A stretch of DNA of 64,000 bases from Candidatus Binatia bacterium (GCA_046757725.1 JBHHYU010000008.1:230-64229), one strand, 5' to 3'; positions 16,059 through 25,367 are shown, counted from the first letter of the stretch. A program made the numbers and translations. Notes: generated from the sequence alone by a model not told the origin.

Positions 16059-19000
16059 ATGACCATGAACGATGAAAAACTACAAGATCGGAATCGCTTG
16101 ACGCGCCGGGATTTCCTGCGCTGGATGGGTATCGGGAGCGGCACAGCAGTACTCAGCACAGGGTTGCCGTTGAGGCTTCTGGCTGCTGCGCGCCCCGGCG
16201 AGAATCCCCTCGCTGGTTCGGTGGACCGTAACTGGGAAAAAATATATCGCAATCAGTACAAGTATGATCGTGTTTTCGACTGGGTCTGCTCCCCCAATGA
16301 CACTCATGCCTGTCGAGTACGGGCCTATGTCCGAAATGAGATCGTGACGAGACTCGGATCAACCTACGACTACCAGACTTACGCCGACCTTTACGGTAAC
16401 AAAGCCACCCCGAACTGGAACCCACGGCAGTGCGCCAAGGGCTATACTTTCCATCGGGTGATCTACGGACCCTACCGGCTCAGGCATCCCATCGTCCGCA
16501 AAGGCTGGAAGGCCTGGGCCGACGCCGGCTTCCCTGAGCTGAGACCGGAAAACAAAGCGAAGTACATGTTCGACAACCGCGGCCAGGACGAGTTTGTTCA
16601 GATCTCCTGGGAGGATGCGCTTCAAAGCATCGCCAAGGCCATCGTCGCCATTTCGACACGTTACAGCGGTGAGGGGGGAAAGAGGCGGTTGCTGGCCCAG
16701 GGCTACCAGCCGGAAATGGTTGAGGCTGCCGCGGGTGCCGGCACTCGTTGCGTCAAGATGCGTGGAGGCATGGGCCTTCTAGGGGTCATCGGCAAATACG
16801 GGTTGTACCGGCTCAACAATTCGCTTGCGCTCCTCGATGCGAAGATTCGAGGGGTAGGTCCAGAAAAAGCACTAGCTGGCCGCAACTGGTCTAATTATAC
16901 CTGGCACGGAGATCAGGCGCCCGGCCACCCATGGGTGCACGGACTGCAAACATCGGACTGCGATTTCAACGACTTGCGCTTCACCAAGCTCATTATCTTG
17001 GACGGAAAGAATCTCGTAGAAAATAAGCTACCCGATGCCCACTGGTTCATCGAGTGCATGGAGCGTGGGGGAAAAATTGTCGTTATCGCCCCGGAATACG
17101 GACCTCCTGCAACCAAGGCTGATTACTGGATTCCCATTAGGCCCGAGACCGACACGGCACTCTGGCTTGGTGTTACTAAACTGATTTTCGAAAACAAGTG
17201 GTACGATGAGACATTCGTCAAACGCCATACCGATTTCCCCCTCCTCGTCCGTACCGATACGTTGAGGCGTCTGCGGGCACATGAGATCTTCCCGAACTAT
17301 TCCTCCAACCTCTCCCCTGATGGGCCTTCGATGAAGATCCAAGGTCTTACACGGGAGCAACACTCCAAACTCGGTGATTTTGTAATCTGGGACCAGAAAA
17401 ACAATGGCCCAGCCGCGCTCACGCGAGATGATGTGGGAGAGACGATGGCTAAAAAGAGGCTGGACCCAACCCTGGAAGGAACGTTCAAGGTCAAGCTTGT
17501 CGACGGTAAAGAGGTGGAGGTCGCCACGCTTTGGACGCTCTATCGGACCCATCTTCGGGACTATGACCTTGACACGGTATCAGAGATCACGCATGCACCC
17601 AAGAACCTGATCGAACAGCTTGCCAAGGACATCGGAGCGATAAAACCAGTTGCGATCCACCAGGGCGAGGGGATCAATCACTGGTTCCACGGTACCGAGA
17701 TGAACCGTGCAGCCTACCTGCCACTGATGCTAACCGGCAACATTGGCAGGCCGGGAGCCGGGGGCCATACATGGGCAGGAAATTACAAAGCAGGTCTTTT
17801 TCAGGGTTCCCCATGGACCGGGCCGGGCTTTAAGGGGTGGGTAGCCGAGGACCCATTCCACCCGAATTTGGACCCCAAGGCCCATGGAAAAAACGTAAAG
17901 ATCCATGGCTACACTAAGGGCGAGGAGCCAGCCTACTGGAACCATGGGGACCGGGCATTGATTCTCAACACACCGAAGTTCGGCCGTAAGAATTTTACCG
18001 GCGAGACCCACATGCCAACACCGACCAAAGCCATTATCTTTAACAACGTTAACCTGATCAATAATGCCAAGTGGGCCTACGGGATGATTAAGAACGTCAA
18101 CCCCAACATCGAGATGATCGTCTCGCTGGATATTCAGATGACTGCCTCTATTGAGTATGCAGACATTGCGCTGCCAGCGAATAGCTGGATGGAGTTTGAA
18201 GGGTTGGAGATGACGGCGAGCTGCTCAAATCCCTTCTTGCAGATCTGGAAGGGAGGTATTTCACCGGTGTTTGATAGCAGGGATGACCTGACGATTCTGG
18301 CTGGCATCGCCGGCGAGCTTGCCGAGATTACGGGAGAGAGCCGCTTTCGGGATCATTTTAAGTTCGCTGCGCCCGAACAGCGCGGGATCTATATCCAGCG
18401 CCTGCTCGACACCTGCACGACCACGGCAGGGTATAAACTCAAGGACATTATGGCCGGCAAGTATGGACCCCCGGGGGGCAGCCTGTTGAACTTCCGCACC
18501 TACCCTCGCATCCCCTTCTATGAGCAGATCCATGATTCAGAGCCGTTCCACACGGACACGGGGAGACTCCACGCCTATGCTGATATCCCTGAGGCAATCG
18601 AGTACGGGGAAAACTTCATCGTGCATCGGGAGGGACCAGAGGCTACGCCCTACTTGCCCAACGTCATTGTCAGTTCAAACCCTCACATTCGCCCGGAGGA
18701 TTACGGGATCCCTCTAACCGCGGAACACTGGGATGAACGCACCGTCCGCAACGTCAAGCTTCCATGGAGCAGAGTCAAAGAGACGAAAAATTTCCTGTGG
18801 GAGAAAGGCTTCCATTTCTACTGCCTCACTCCGAAGACACGCCACCGGGTCCACAGTGGTTGGTCAAACGTCGATTGGCACATGCTCTATGACTCAAACT
18901 TCGGCGACCCTTACCGTCTTGATAAGCGTGCGCCAACGGTGGGAGAGCACCAGCTCCATATCAATCCTCAGGCAGCACGGAAATTAGGGATCAACGATGG

Positions 19001-19538
19001 CGATTACGTTTACGTGGATGCCAACCCGGCCGACCGCCCCTACCTCGGCGCAACGCCCAGCGATCCTTTCTACAAGGTATCGCGCTGCATGCTGCGAGTG
19101 AAATACAACCATGCTTATCCCTATAACATCGTCATGATGAAGCACGCCCCGTTCATCGCCACAGAAAAGAGCGTCAAGGCACACGAAACACGCCCCGACG
19201 GCCGCGCCCTATCGGAAAATACCGGCTACCAGGCCAATCTCCGCTACGGCTCCCAGCAATCCGTCACCCGTAATTGGCACATGCCAATGCACCAAACGGA
19301 CAACCTTTTTCACAAGTCAAAGGTCTTTATGGGGTTTATCTTTGGCGGTGAAGCCGACAACCACGCGATCAACACCGTACCGAAGGAAACCCTGGTGCGC
19401 GTCACGAAGGCTGAGGACGGAGGCCTTGGCGCCAAAGGCATCTGGAAACCGGCCACCACCGGCTACACGCCGGACAACGAGAACGACTTCATGAAACGAT
19501 ATCTGGCAGGGGAGCTGGTCAAGGTGCCGGGCAAATAG
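16059..19538 (+). CDS. nxrA: Tat-exported NarG-type molybdopterin oxidoreductase alpha subunit, periplasmic NXR/NarG-like (NxrA candidate, ~1160 aa)
   Basis: Twin-arginine motif TRRDFLRWMGIGSG. The N-terminal Cys/His FS0-type motif is VCSPNDTHACRV. The size matches periplasmic NxrA (~1150 aa) rather than type-II enzymes (~920-980 aa) or cytoplasmic NarG (~1250 aa). A gamma-like subunit lies upstream and a beta subunit downstream. The alternative ATG at 16065 has better ribosome-binding-site spacing. Confidence 0.7.
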   Translation: MTMNDEKLQDRNRLTRRDFLRWMGIGSGTAVLSTGLPLRLLAAARPGENPLAGSVDRNWEKIYRNQYKYDRVFDWVCSPNDTHACRVRAYVRNEIVTRLGSTYDYQTYADLYGNKATPNWNPRQCAKGYTFHRVIYGPYRLRHPIVRKGWKAWADAGFPELRPENKAKYMFDNRGQDEFVQISWEDALQSIAKAIVAISTRYSGEGGKRRLLAQGYQPEMVEAAAGAGTRCVKMRGGMGLLGVIGKYGLYRLNNSLALLDAKIRGVGPEKALAGRNWSNYTWHGDQAPGHPWVHGLQTSDCDFNDLRFTKLIILDGKNLVENKLPDAHWFIECMERGGKIVVIAPEYGPPATKADYWIPIRPETDTALWLGVTKLIFENKWYDETFVKRHTDFPLLVRTDTLRRLRAHEIFPNYSSNLSPDGPSMKIQGLTREQHSKLGDFVIWDQKNNGPAALTRDDVGETMAKKRLDPTLEGTFKVKLVDGKEVEVATLWTLYRTHLRDYDLDTVSEITHAPKNLIEQLAKDIGAIKPVAIHQGEGINHWFHGTEMNRAAYLPLMLTGNIGRPGAGGHTWAGNYKAGLFQGSPWTGPGFKGWVAEDPFHPNLDPKAHGKNVKIHGYTKGEEPAYWNHGDRALILNTPKFGRKNFTGETHMPTPTKAIIFNNVNLINNAKWAYGMIKNVNPNIEMIVSLDIQMTASIEYADIALPANSWMEFEGLEMTASCSNPFLQIWKGGISPVFDSRDDLTILAGIAGELAEITGESRFRDHFKFAAPEQRGIYIQRLLDTCTTTAGYKLKDIMAGKYGPPGGSLLNFRTYPRIPFYEQIHDSEPFHTDTGRLHAYADIPEAIEYGENFIVHREGPEATPYLPNVIVSSNPHIRPEDYGIPLTAEHWDERTVRNVKLPWSRVKETKNFLWEKGFHFYCLTPKTRHRVHSGWSNVDWHMLYDSNFGDPYRLDKRAPTVGEHQLHINPQAARKLGINDGDYVYVDANPADRPYLGATPSDPFYKVSRCMLRVKYNHAYPYNIVMMKHAPFIATEKSVKAHETRPDGRALSENTGYQANLRYGSQQSVTRNWHMPMHQTDNLFHKSKVFMGFIFGGEADNHAINTVPKETLVRVTKAEDGGLGAKGIWKPATTGYTPDNENDFMKRYLAGELVKVPGK

Positions 19539-19572
19539 AGGGAGCTTGCAAGATAGACCGAGGAGAACTCAG

Positions 19573-19869
19573 ATGCCTTATGACGATCCTGATCCCACGG
19601 ATCCCAATATCTTGGTGGGGGTAGCCCTGCCGGCCGATGCGGAAGTAATATGCGAGATGGCCTACGTCTTTGCCGAAGAATTTATCCGAATGGGGTACGA
19701 TCGAGAGCGAGTGCTGCAGGTTTTCAAGAACCCGTTTTACACCGGTCCGCACAATGCTTACCGGGACCTGGGCGAAGAGAAAGTCCAGTCCATTATCGAG
19801 GAGTGTATCCACGCATGGGGCGGTGTCTGTTTTGTTGATTGCGACGACGGAAAGGAGACAGAACCATGA
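19573..19869 (+). CDS. Small acidic Cys-containing protein of unknown function, translationally coupled to nxrB
   Basis: 98 aa with a GAGGAG ribosome-binding site upstream. Its stop overlaps the nxrB start (ATGA). Cys residues include a C-terminal CFVDCDD. It occupies the entire nxrA-nxrB intergenic space. Confidence 0.5.
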   Translation: MPYDDPDPTDPNILVGVALPADAEVICEMAYVFAEEFIRMGYDRERVLQVFKNPFYTGPHNAYRDLGEEKVQSIIEECIHAWGGVCFVDCDDGKETEP

Positions 19870-21131
19870 GTCAGGTTTACAACTGGCAACTCGGCCGCAA
19901 GATGGATTATCCCTTTCCGGCCGCATATCCGAAGCGGCAGTTCGCCTTTGTCTTTAATATCAACCGCTGCATCGCCTGCCAGACCTGTACCATGGCCTGC
20001 AAATCAACCTGGACCTTCAGCAAGGGCCAGGAACATATGTGGTGGGCCAACGTCGAGACCAAACCTTATGGTGGTTATCCCCAGTTTTGGGACATGAAGA
20101 TCCTGCGGCTTCTCGAGGAAGCCAACCCCGGAGGGCAGCAATGGTCGGGAACCCCTTCCGGGAACTCCAAAAACCCCTACGGTCGTTTTGACGGACAAAC
20201 TATTTTTGAGGCTAAGAAAGCGCTTCAGCCCGGGAGCTCACGGGTCCTAGGTTACCTTCCCACCGACGAGGAGTGGAACTTTCCCAACATCTATGAGGAC
20301 AATCCGCTCGGCAAGAAAGGGGTGCCCAACCAATTCGACACAACCGGAGTGGAGCTGCCCGTACACAAGACCTGGTTCTTTTATCTGGCGCGTATTTGCA
20401 ACCACTGTACCTACCCCGGGTGTCTGGCAGCCTGCCCGCGCAAGGCCATTTACAAACGCCCTGAGGACGGCATCGTCCTCATCGACCAGAAGGAGTGCCG
20501 TGGCTACCGTAAGTGCGTGGAGGCCTGCCCTTACAAAAAGGCAATGTATCGGGGCAATACCCGAGTGACCGAGAAATGCATTGCCTGCTACCCACGAGTC
20601 GAGGGTAAAGACCCCGAGAGTGGTGGCCAGCCTATGGAAACGCGTTGCATGGCGGCGTGCGTGGGCCAGATGCGCATGCAGGGCCTAGTCAAAATGAACC
20701 GGGACGGCACCTGGACCGAAGACCGACACAATCCGATCTACTACCTCGTGCATGTGGCCAAAGTAGCCCTACCGCTTTATCCCGAACTCGGCACTTTACC
20801 CAATGGTTACTATATTCCTCCCCGCTGGGTACCGCGACCTTATCTTCGGCAGATGTTCGGTCCAGGCGTTGACAACGCGATCGAGCGTTATATTAACCCG
20901 GACCGAGAACTCCTTGCGGTCCTGCAGCTTTACCGGCGCTCCAACCGAATCATCTTCCGCTATGAAATTAAGAAGGGGCCAAAGATCTATGAGGCCACGC
21001 ACCGCGGCCGGAAAGTGACGCTGTACAACGACACCATTATCGCTTATGGCCGAAACAACAAGGAGATCTTCCGAACCACTGTTGAGGAGCCGGTTTATGT
21101 ACGGTCGAAAAAACATGCCAACTCGATATGA
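19866..21131 (+). CDS. nxrB: NarH/NxrB-type Fe-S beta subunit (4 clusters, NxrB-like insertion), 421 aa
   Basis: The N-terminus MSQVYNWQLGRKMDYPF...FAFVFNINRCIACQTCTMACKSTW resembles periplasmic NxrB. Four Cys clusters are present, including the inserted CIACYPRVEGKDPESGGQPMETRCMAAC. A GGAAAGGAGA ribosome-binding site lies upstream. Confidence 0.75.
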   Translation: MSQVYNWQLGRKMDYPFPAAYPKRQFAFVFNINRCIACQTCTMACKSTWTFSKGQEHMWWANVETKPYGGYPQFWDMKILRLLEEANPGGQQWSGTPSGNSKNPYGRFDGQTIFEAKKALQPGSSRVLGYLPTDEEWNFPNIYEDNPLGKKGVPNQFDTTGVELPVHKTWFFYLARICNHCTYPGCLAACPRKAIYKRPEDGIVLIDQKECRGYRKCVEACPYKKAMYRGNTRVTEKCIACYPRVEGKDPESGGQPMETRCMAACVGQMRMQGLVKMNRDGTWTEDRHNPIYYLVHVAKVALPLYPELGTLPNGYYIPPRWVPRPYLRQMFGPGVDNAIERYINPDRELLAVLQLYRRSNRIIFRYEIKKGPKIYEATHRGRKVTLYNDTIIAYGRNNKEIFRTTVEEPVYVRSKKHANSI

Positions 21132-21217
21132 AGAGATAAAGAGCCCGTATTCCGTTCGTTTTCATTTCCTCCTGCGCAACGTCCGGCGCCTTCAGGTCAC
21201 CCACAGTTCAGGAGATC

Positions 21218-22024
21218 GTGATGAAACCTGAAAATCTGAGAAAAGAACAAGAGGTCAGGGAGGGCGATCTAGCCCTCTGCCGAGCCACTCTGTATAGCGC
21301 GCTGGCGCTCGGCTTCCGACCGCCCACAGAGGAAACATTAACTCGCCTCGCCTCTACGGAGGGTGCAACGGTTTTGGCCGGCGCAGCGGCGCTGCTGGAC
21401 GGACAGCACCAGGTAACCCTCACCTCCGCCGCAGAGGATCTCAGCAAAATAAAAAAAACCTCCGTATCAGAGCTCGAAGTCTCATTCTGGCGCCTATTCG
21501 GCCATACCGTACGCGGCCAGGTACCCCTATATGAAACCGAGTACGGTGTTGATTCTCTTTTCCAGCAACCGCAGGAATTGGCAGACCTATTAGGTTTTTA
21601 CCACGCATTCGGTCTCGCCTTAGACCCGAAAGAACACGAACGGGCAGATCATGTTAGTTGCGAACTCGAGTTTCTCTCCTTTCTTGCCCTCAAAGAGGTC
21701 TACGGCTTGGAGCAACGGGACGACCCTATGCTGGAAGAGACACGTAAGGCCGCGCGCACCTTCTTACGGGATCATCTCGGTCGGTTCGCGCCTGCCTTCA
21801 CCAGGAAGCTTTCTCGTGAAGACCGGGAGGGCTTTTACGGGGCTCTAGGTGAGCTCTGCGCGAGGTTTGTGATCGAAGATTGTACCCGACTCAGCGTGTC
21901 GGTCGGCCCAGAGAGTTTAGGCTTGCGTCCAGCTGCTGAAGATCAAGTGCCGATGGCATGTGACAATGGAGCGGAGTGCACTGAGTTGTCCGGCGCTTGC
22001 GAACAGGAAATAATGGAAAAATGA
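21218..22024 (+). CDS. TorD/NarJ/DmsD-family redox enzyme maturation chaperone (delta subunit)
   Basis: Contains the family motif E-H-E-R-A-D-H-V-S-C-E-L-E-F-L-S-F-L (DHxxxELEFLxxL), typical of TorD/NarJ. The gene lies downstream of the beta subunit. Confidence 0.7.
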   Translation: MMKPENLRKEQEVREGDLALCRATLYSALALGFRPPTEETLTRLASTEGATVLAGAAALLDGQHQVTLTSAAEDLSKIKKTSVSELEVSFWRLFGHTVRGQVPLYETEYGVDSLFQQPQELADLLGFYHAFGLALDPKEHERADHVSCELEFLSFLALKEVYGLEQRDDPMLEETRKAARTFLRDHLGRFAPAFTRKLSREDREGFYGALGELCARFVIEDCTRLSVSVGPESLGLRPAAEDQVPMACDNGAECTELSGACEQEIMEK

Positions 22025-22977
22025 GCCCTGGGGTTCTTCTCAGTTACGACTCCAGTTTAATGGAAGAGGCTGTCTTCCTCGCTTTGCAGGGACATCCGGC
22101 CGCCGTGGAATTTTTCGGTGAGCGCAACAAACTCTACGAAATCAGTGATTCGGAGGAACAAGAGCGTGCCTTTCGGGATTTCCATTGCGCCTGGTTTACC
22201 CGTTTAGAATTCGCCGACCAGATCGAAAAGGCAGTCAACGAACACCCTTTTCTTACTTCCAGTGTCAGGCGCTGTGTCGTAGCTTGCGTCTCAAGAAAGC
22301 AAGATGAAGGAGCTGAACTCTTTGTCGGTTCCCAAGCAGAAAACAGCGAAAAAGAGCGTCGTACGGTGCGAATCCTATTGAGACCTGAATCATTTCTTGA
22401 CTCCCTTACTCTACTAAGACTGCTTCGCCATGAACTTTTGCACATCACGGACATGCTCAGCACTAGCTTCGGCTATGACCCGATCCTACCGAAGGCACCA
22501 GGCGGGCCCGCCTATGACCAATTACTACAAGACCGCTACCGTGTCCTGTGGGATGCAACGATAGATGGTCGAATGGTGCGGCGCGGCTGGGCGCCCGATT
22601 CGATCCGTGTAGAGCGCCTTTGTGAATTCCGCCATGCCTTTCCCATGTTCAGGGAAGCGGCCTCTCAGCTGTTTGATCGCTTTTTCGACCAAGAGCCACA
22701 TACGCATGGCGAATTGGTTACATTCGCCTGCAACCCCATGGCCGCCGTAGATGACTCACCAATGACGCGCAGCCCCGGAAGCCGGTGCCCTCTTTGCGGT
22801 TTTCCAACGTATGCGTTCGAGCCGGCGCCTGAGCACCTGCCTCTAGAGGTCCTCTCTCAGATCACTCAAGACTTTCCGCGGTGGCGCCCAACTCAGGGTC
22901 TTTGCACCCAGTGTGCGGATCTTTACCGGGCACGTTGGGCCTCGTCTCGTGCAGAGAGTCCTTTTCCGGGAACATAG
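22021..22977 (+). CDS. Hypothetical protein with HExxH motif and C-terminal CxxC...CxxC zinc-ribbon, translationally coupled to the chaperone gene
   Basis: The ATGA overlap with the chaperone gene's stop indicates translational coupling. The motif LLRHELLHITD carries HExxH. The C-terminus holds CPLCGFPTYAF...CTQCADLY. I recognise no known family. Confidence 0.45.
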   Translation: MSPGVLLSYDSSLMEEAVFLALQGHPAAVEFFGERNKLYEISDSEEQERAFRDFHCAWFTRLEFADQIEKAVNEHPFLTSSVRRCVVACVSRKQDEGAELFVGSQAENSEKERRTVRILLRPESFLDSLTLLRLLRHELLHITDMLSTSFGYDPILPKAPGGPAYDQLLQDRYRVLWDATIDGRMVRRGWAPDSIRVERLCEFRHAFPMFREAASQLFDRFFDQEPHTHGELVTFACNPMAAVDDSPMTRSPGSRCPLCGFPTYAFEPAPEHLPLEVLSQITQDFPRWRPTQGLCTQCADLYRARWASSRAESPFPGT

Positions 22978-23082
22978 CCACATCCTCGCGTTGATTGACA
23001 GCCGGGAGAAACGCTACCTCGCAGCAACCGCCTTGCTCATTCCAGCCTAGGAATTATCTGTAAAATTATTGTAGTATACAAA

Positions 23083-24612
23083 GTGATGGCTAAGGTCTAT
23101 GTCGCCGGCGTGGGAATGACAAAATTCGGGAAGAGCCCTCAATCGCTGGTTGAGCTTTTTTGTGAAGCTGCTTCCCGCGCCCTCTCAAACTCATCGTTCC
23201 AGGAAATGGATGCCTTGTACATTGGCGCCATGAACCCCGAACAGTTTACGGGAGAGAGCAATATCGCGTCGCATATCGTCGATGCCTTAGGTGGAACCGG
23301 TTTGCCCGCACTCAGGATAGAAACGGCCTCCTCCGCCGGGGCAGCGGCACTGCTCGCCGCATACCAGGCAGTGGCCTCGGGGTATTACCGGCGCGTTCTG
23401 GTGCTGGCTGGAGAAAAAATGACCCATCTCAGCACTAGCGCAACCACTCGGATTCTAGCTGAGGTCATCGACAGGCAAGAGCGACAGTGCGGGGCAACTA
23501 TGCCGGCCCTAGCAGCCATGATCACGGAAAAGTACCGAAAGAGATATCGTCTTTCGGCATCACGTCTGGAGCATATGCTTTGTCGCGTAGCGATGAAAAA
23601 TCACCGGAACGGCTCACACAACCCCCATGCGCAGTTTCAAAAACCTCTTTCGGAAAAGGCATACTTTTCGAGCAAGATGATCTCCACGCCACTCAGGCTT
23701 TATGATTGTGCGCCCATTACCGACGGCGCAGCAGCTGTGATCTTGACCTCGGAACATACGGACCTAGTTATCGCCGGCATAGGGCAGAGCACGGGGCCTG
23801 TCAGCCTTAGAGAGCGAGATTCTTTCACTTCCTTTCCCGCTACCCAGATTGCTGCTGCGAGGGCTTATGAGATGGCTGGTGTCTCCCCTAAGGACATCGA
23901 TTTTGCGGAAGTGCATGACGCCTTTACTCCATTTGAAATCATCGGTACGGAAGACCTAGGATTTTTTCCTCCTGGAAAAGGTGGTGAGGCTGTGGAGGCG
24001 GGAAAAACTGCCTTGGAAGGGTCACTGCCCGTCAACCCTTCGGGAGGTCTCAAATCCCGCGGGCATCCCGTGGGAGCAAGCGGTTTGGCACAGATCGTGG
24101 ATAACGCAGACCGACTAAGGGGAAACTCTGAGGCAAAGTCGCGACGCGAGGCCAAGAGGGCCTTGGCTCAAAGTATCGGGGGCCTAGCCGCCAACAACTT
24201 TGTGACCATCCTCGAGCGCAGTGACAGCTCGACTCAAGTCCAAAACCTATGGCCTCACCGGTACCCTCCCTCTTCCCTTCGGCGTCTTTCCCAACCTAAG
24301 TCGGATCACAAGGCGCCCGGCGATGAGGGTCGCATTGAAACGTTTACAGTTCTTCATGTCACCCCTGATGGCTTCCTTCCTCCTCTGGCACTTGCTCTCA
24401 TTCGTGACAAGCTCGGACGCCTCCATATGGCCCGGGGAGAGGATATCTCCCTTCTAAAAATCGGAAGAGAAGTGTACCTACGTCAAGGGGTGGATGGTTA
24501 TTATTTTACGGTAAAGAGCCACCTGCGTCGAGTCATGGATTCCATAGAAAAAGTTTTAGGGCGGCTTCCTCCATTGCCCCGAAGCAAAAAAACGGCTCAC
24601 GGCAAAAAGTAA
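23083..24612 (+). CDS. Thiolase-like (SCP-x/Ltp2-type) domain fused to a C-terminal DUF35 OB-fold domain; nucleophilic Cys apparently replaced by Ser
   Basis: The N-terminal KVYVAGVGMTKFGK and the GHPVGASG motif mark a thiolase fold. Where thiolases carry CxSG, this protein has ETASSAG. The C-terminal ~120 aa are OB-fold/DUF35-like (GRIETFTVLHV...). Confidence 0.55.
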   Translation: MMAKVYVAGVGMTKFGKSPQSLVELFCEAASRALSNSSFQEMDALYIGAMNPEQFTGESNIASHIVDALGGTGLPALRIETASSAGAAALLAAYQAVASGYYRRVLVLAGEKMTHLSTSATTRILAEVIDRQERQCGATMPALAAMITEKYRKRYRLSASRLEHMLCRVAMKNHRNGSHNPHAQFQKPLSEKAYFSSKMISTPLRLYDCAPITDGAAAVILTSEHTDLVIAGIGQSTGPVSLRERDSFTSFPATQIAAARAYEMAGVSPKDIDFAEVHDAFTPFEIIGTEDLGFFPPGKGGEAVEAGKTALEGSLPVNPSGGLKSRGHPVGASGLAQIVDNADRLRGNSEAKSRREAKRALAQSIGGLAANNFVTILERSDSSTQVQNLWPHRYPPSSLRRLSQPKSDHKAPGDEGRIETFTVLHVTPDGFLPPLALALIRDKLGRLHMARGEDISLLKIGREVYLRQGVDGYYFTVKSHLRRVMDSIEKVLGRLPPLPRSKKTAHGKK

Positions 24613-24616
24613 TTCT

Positions 24617-25294
24617 ATGATTAAGAGACACCCGACCCGCGTAGAGAAGGATTTCAGATCCCTGACGAGACTCCTGACTGAGAAGCTCAAGGACGCAATC
24701 GTGAAAGGGAAATTCTCCCCAGGGGAACGGCTTTCCGAGGAGAAACTCGCGTCGATGCTAAAAGTGAGCCGGGTACCACTGCGGGAGACCTTGCGTCGCC
24801 TGGAAGCTGAAGGTTATATCACCTTTCTCTTCAACAACGAAGTAACGGTCAGCAAACCGCCCGTGGAAGACATTCAAGACTACTACTCCATTGCCAGTGT
24901 CCTCGAAGGATTAGCGGCAAGGCTCGCTGTGGAGCAGGCCCGTCCTGAGGAGATTTCCCGCCTGAAGGAACTACACCAACTCCTGCGGCAGGCTTATCAA
25001 GCAAGGGACCTGGAACGGTACTTTGAAGCCAACAGCAACTTCCATCGCTTTATCGCTGAGATAGCAAGGAACGAGCATCTTTACCGACTCATAAATCAGA
25101 TGAGACACGAAATCCAAAAAGCCAGGATTCTTGCTCTGCAGATACCGCAGCGCCTTGATTATTCAATGCGGGAACACGACCAGATCCTCGACGCCTTCCT
25201 TAAAAAAAATCCTGAGTTAGCAGAAGTAACCGTCGTCAAACATCTGGATAACCAGAAGGACGCAATAAAACAGATGTTAGAAGCGGAAGCCTAG
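24617..25294 (+). CDS. GntR-family transcriptional regulator (HTH + FCD domain)
   Basis: The N-terminal motif SERKLASMLKVSRVPLRETLRRLEAEGYI is a GntR HTH. The C-terminal domain is alpha-helical and FCD-like. Confidence 0.7.
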   Translation: MIKRHPTRVEKDFRSLTRLLTEKLKDAIVKGKFSPGERLSEEKLASMLKVSRVPLRETLRRLEAEGYITFLFNNEVTVSKPPVEDIQDYYSIASVLEGLAARLAVEQARPEEISRLKELHQLLRQAYQARDLERYFEANSNFHRFIAEIARNEHLYRLINQMRHEIQKARILALQIPQRLDYSMREHDQILDAFLKKNPELAEVTVVKHLDNQKDAIKQMLEAEA

Positions 25295-25367
25295 TAGCAT
25301 GATGACTGATTAGGAATCGATTCCAACTCAAAACTACCCCTGAGATCTTGAAGAACAGGCGTTTGGT

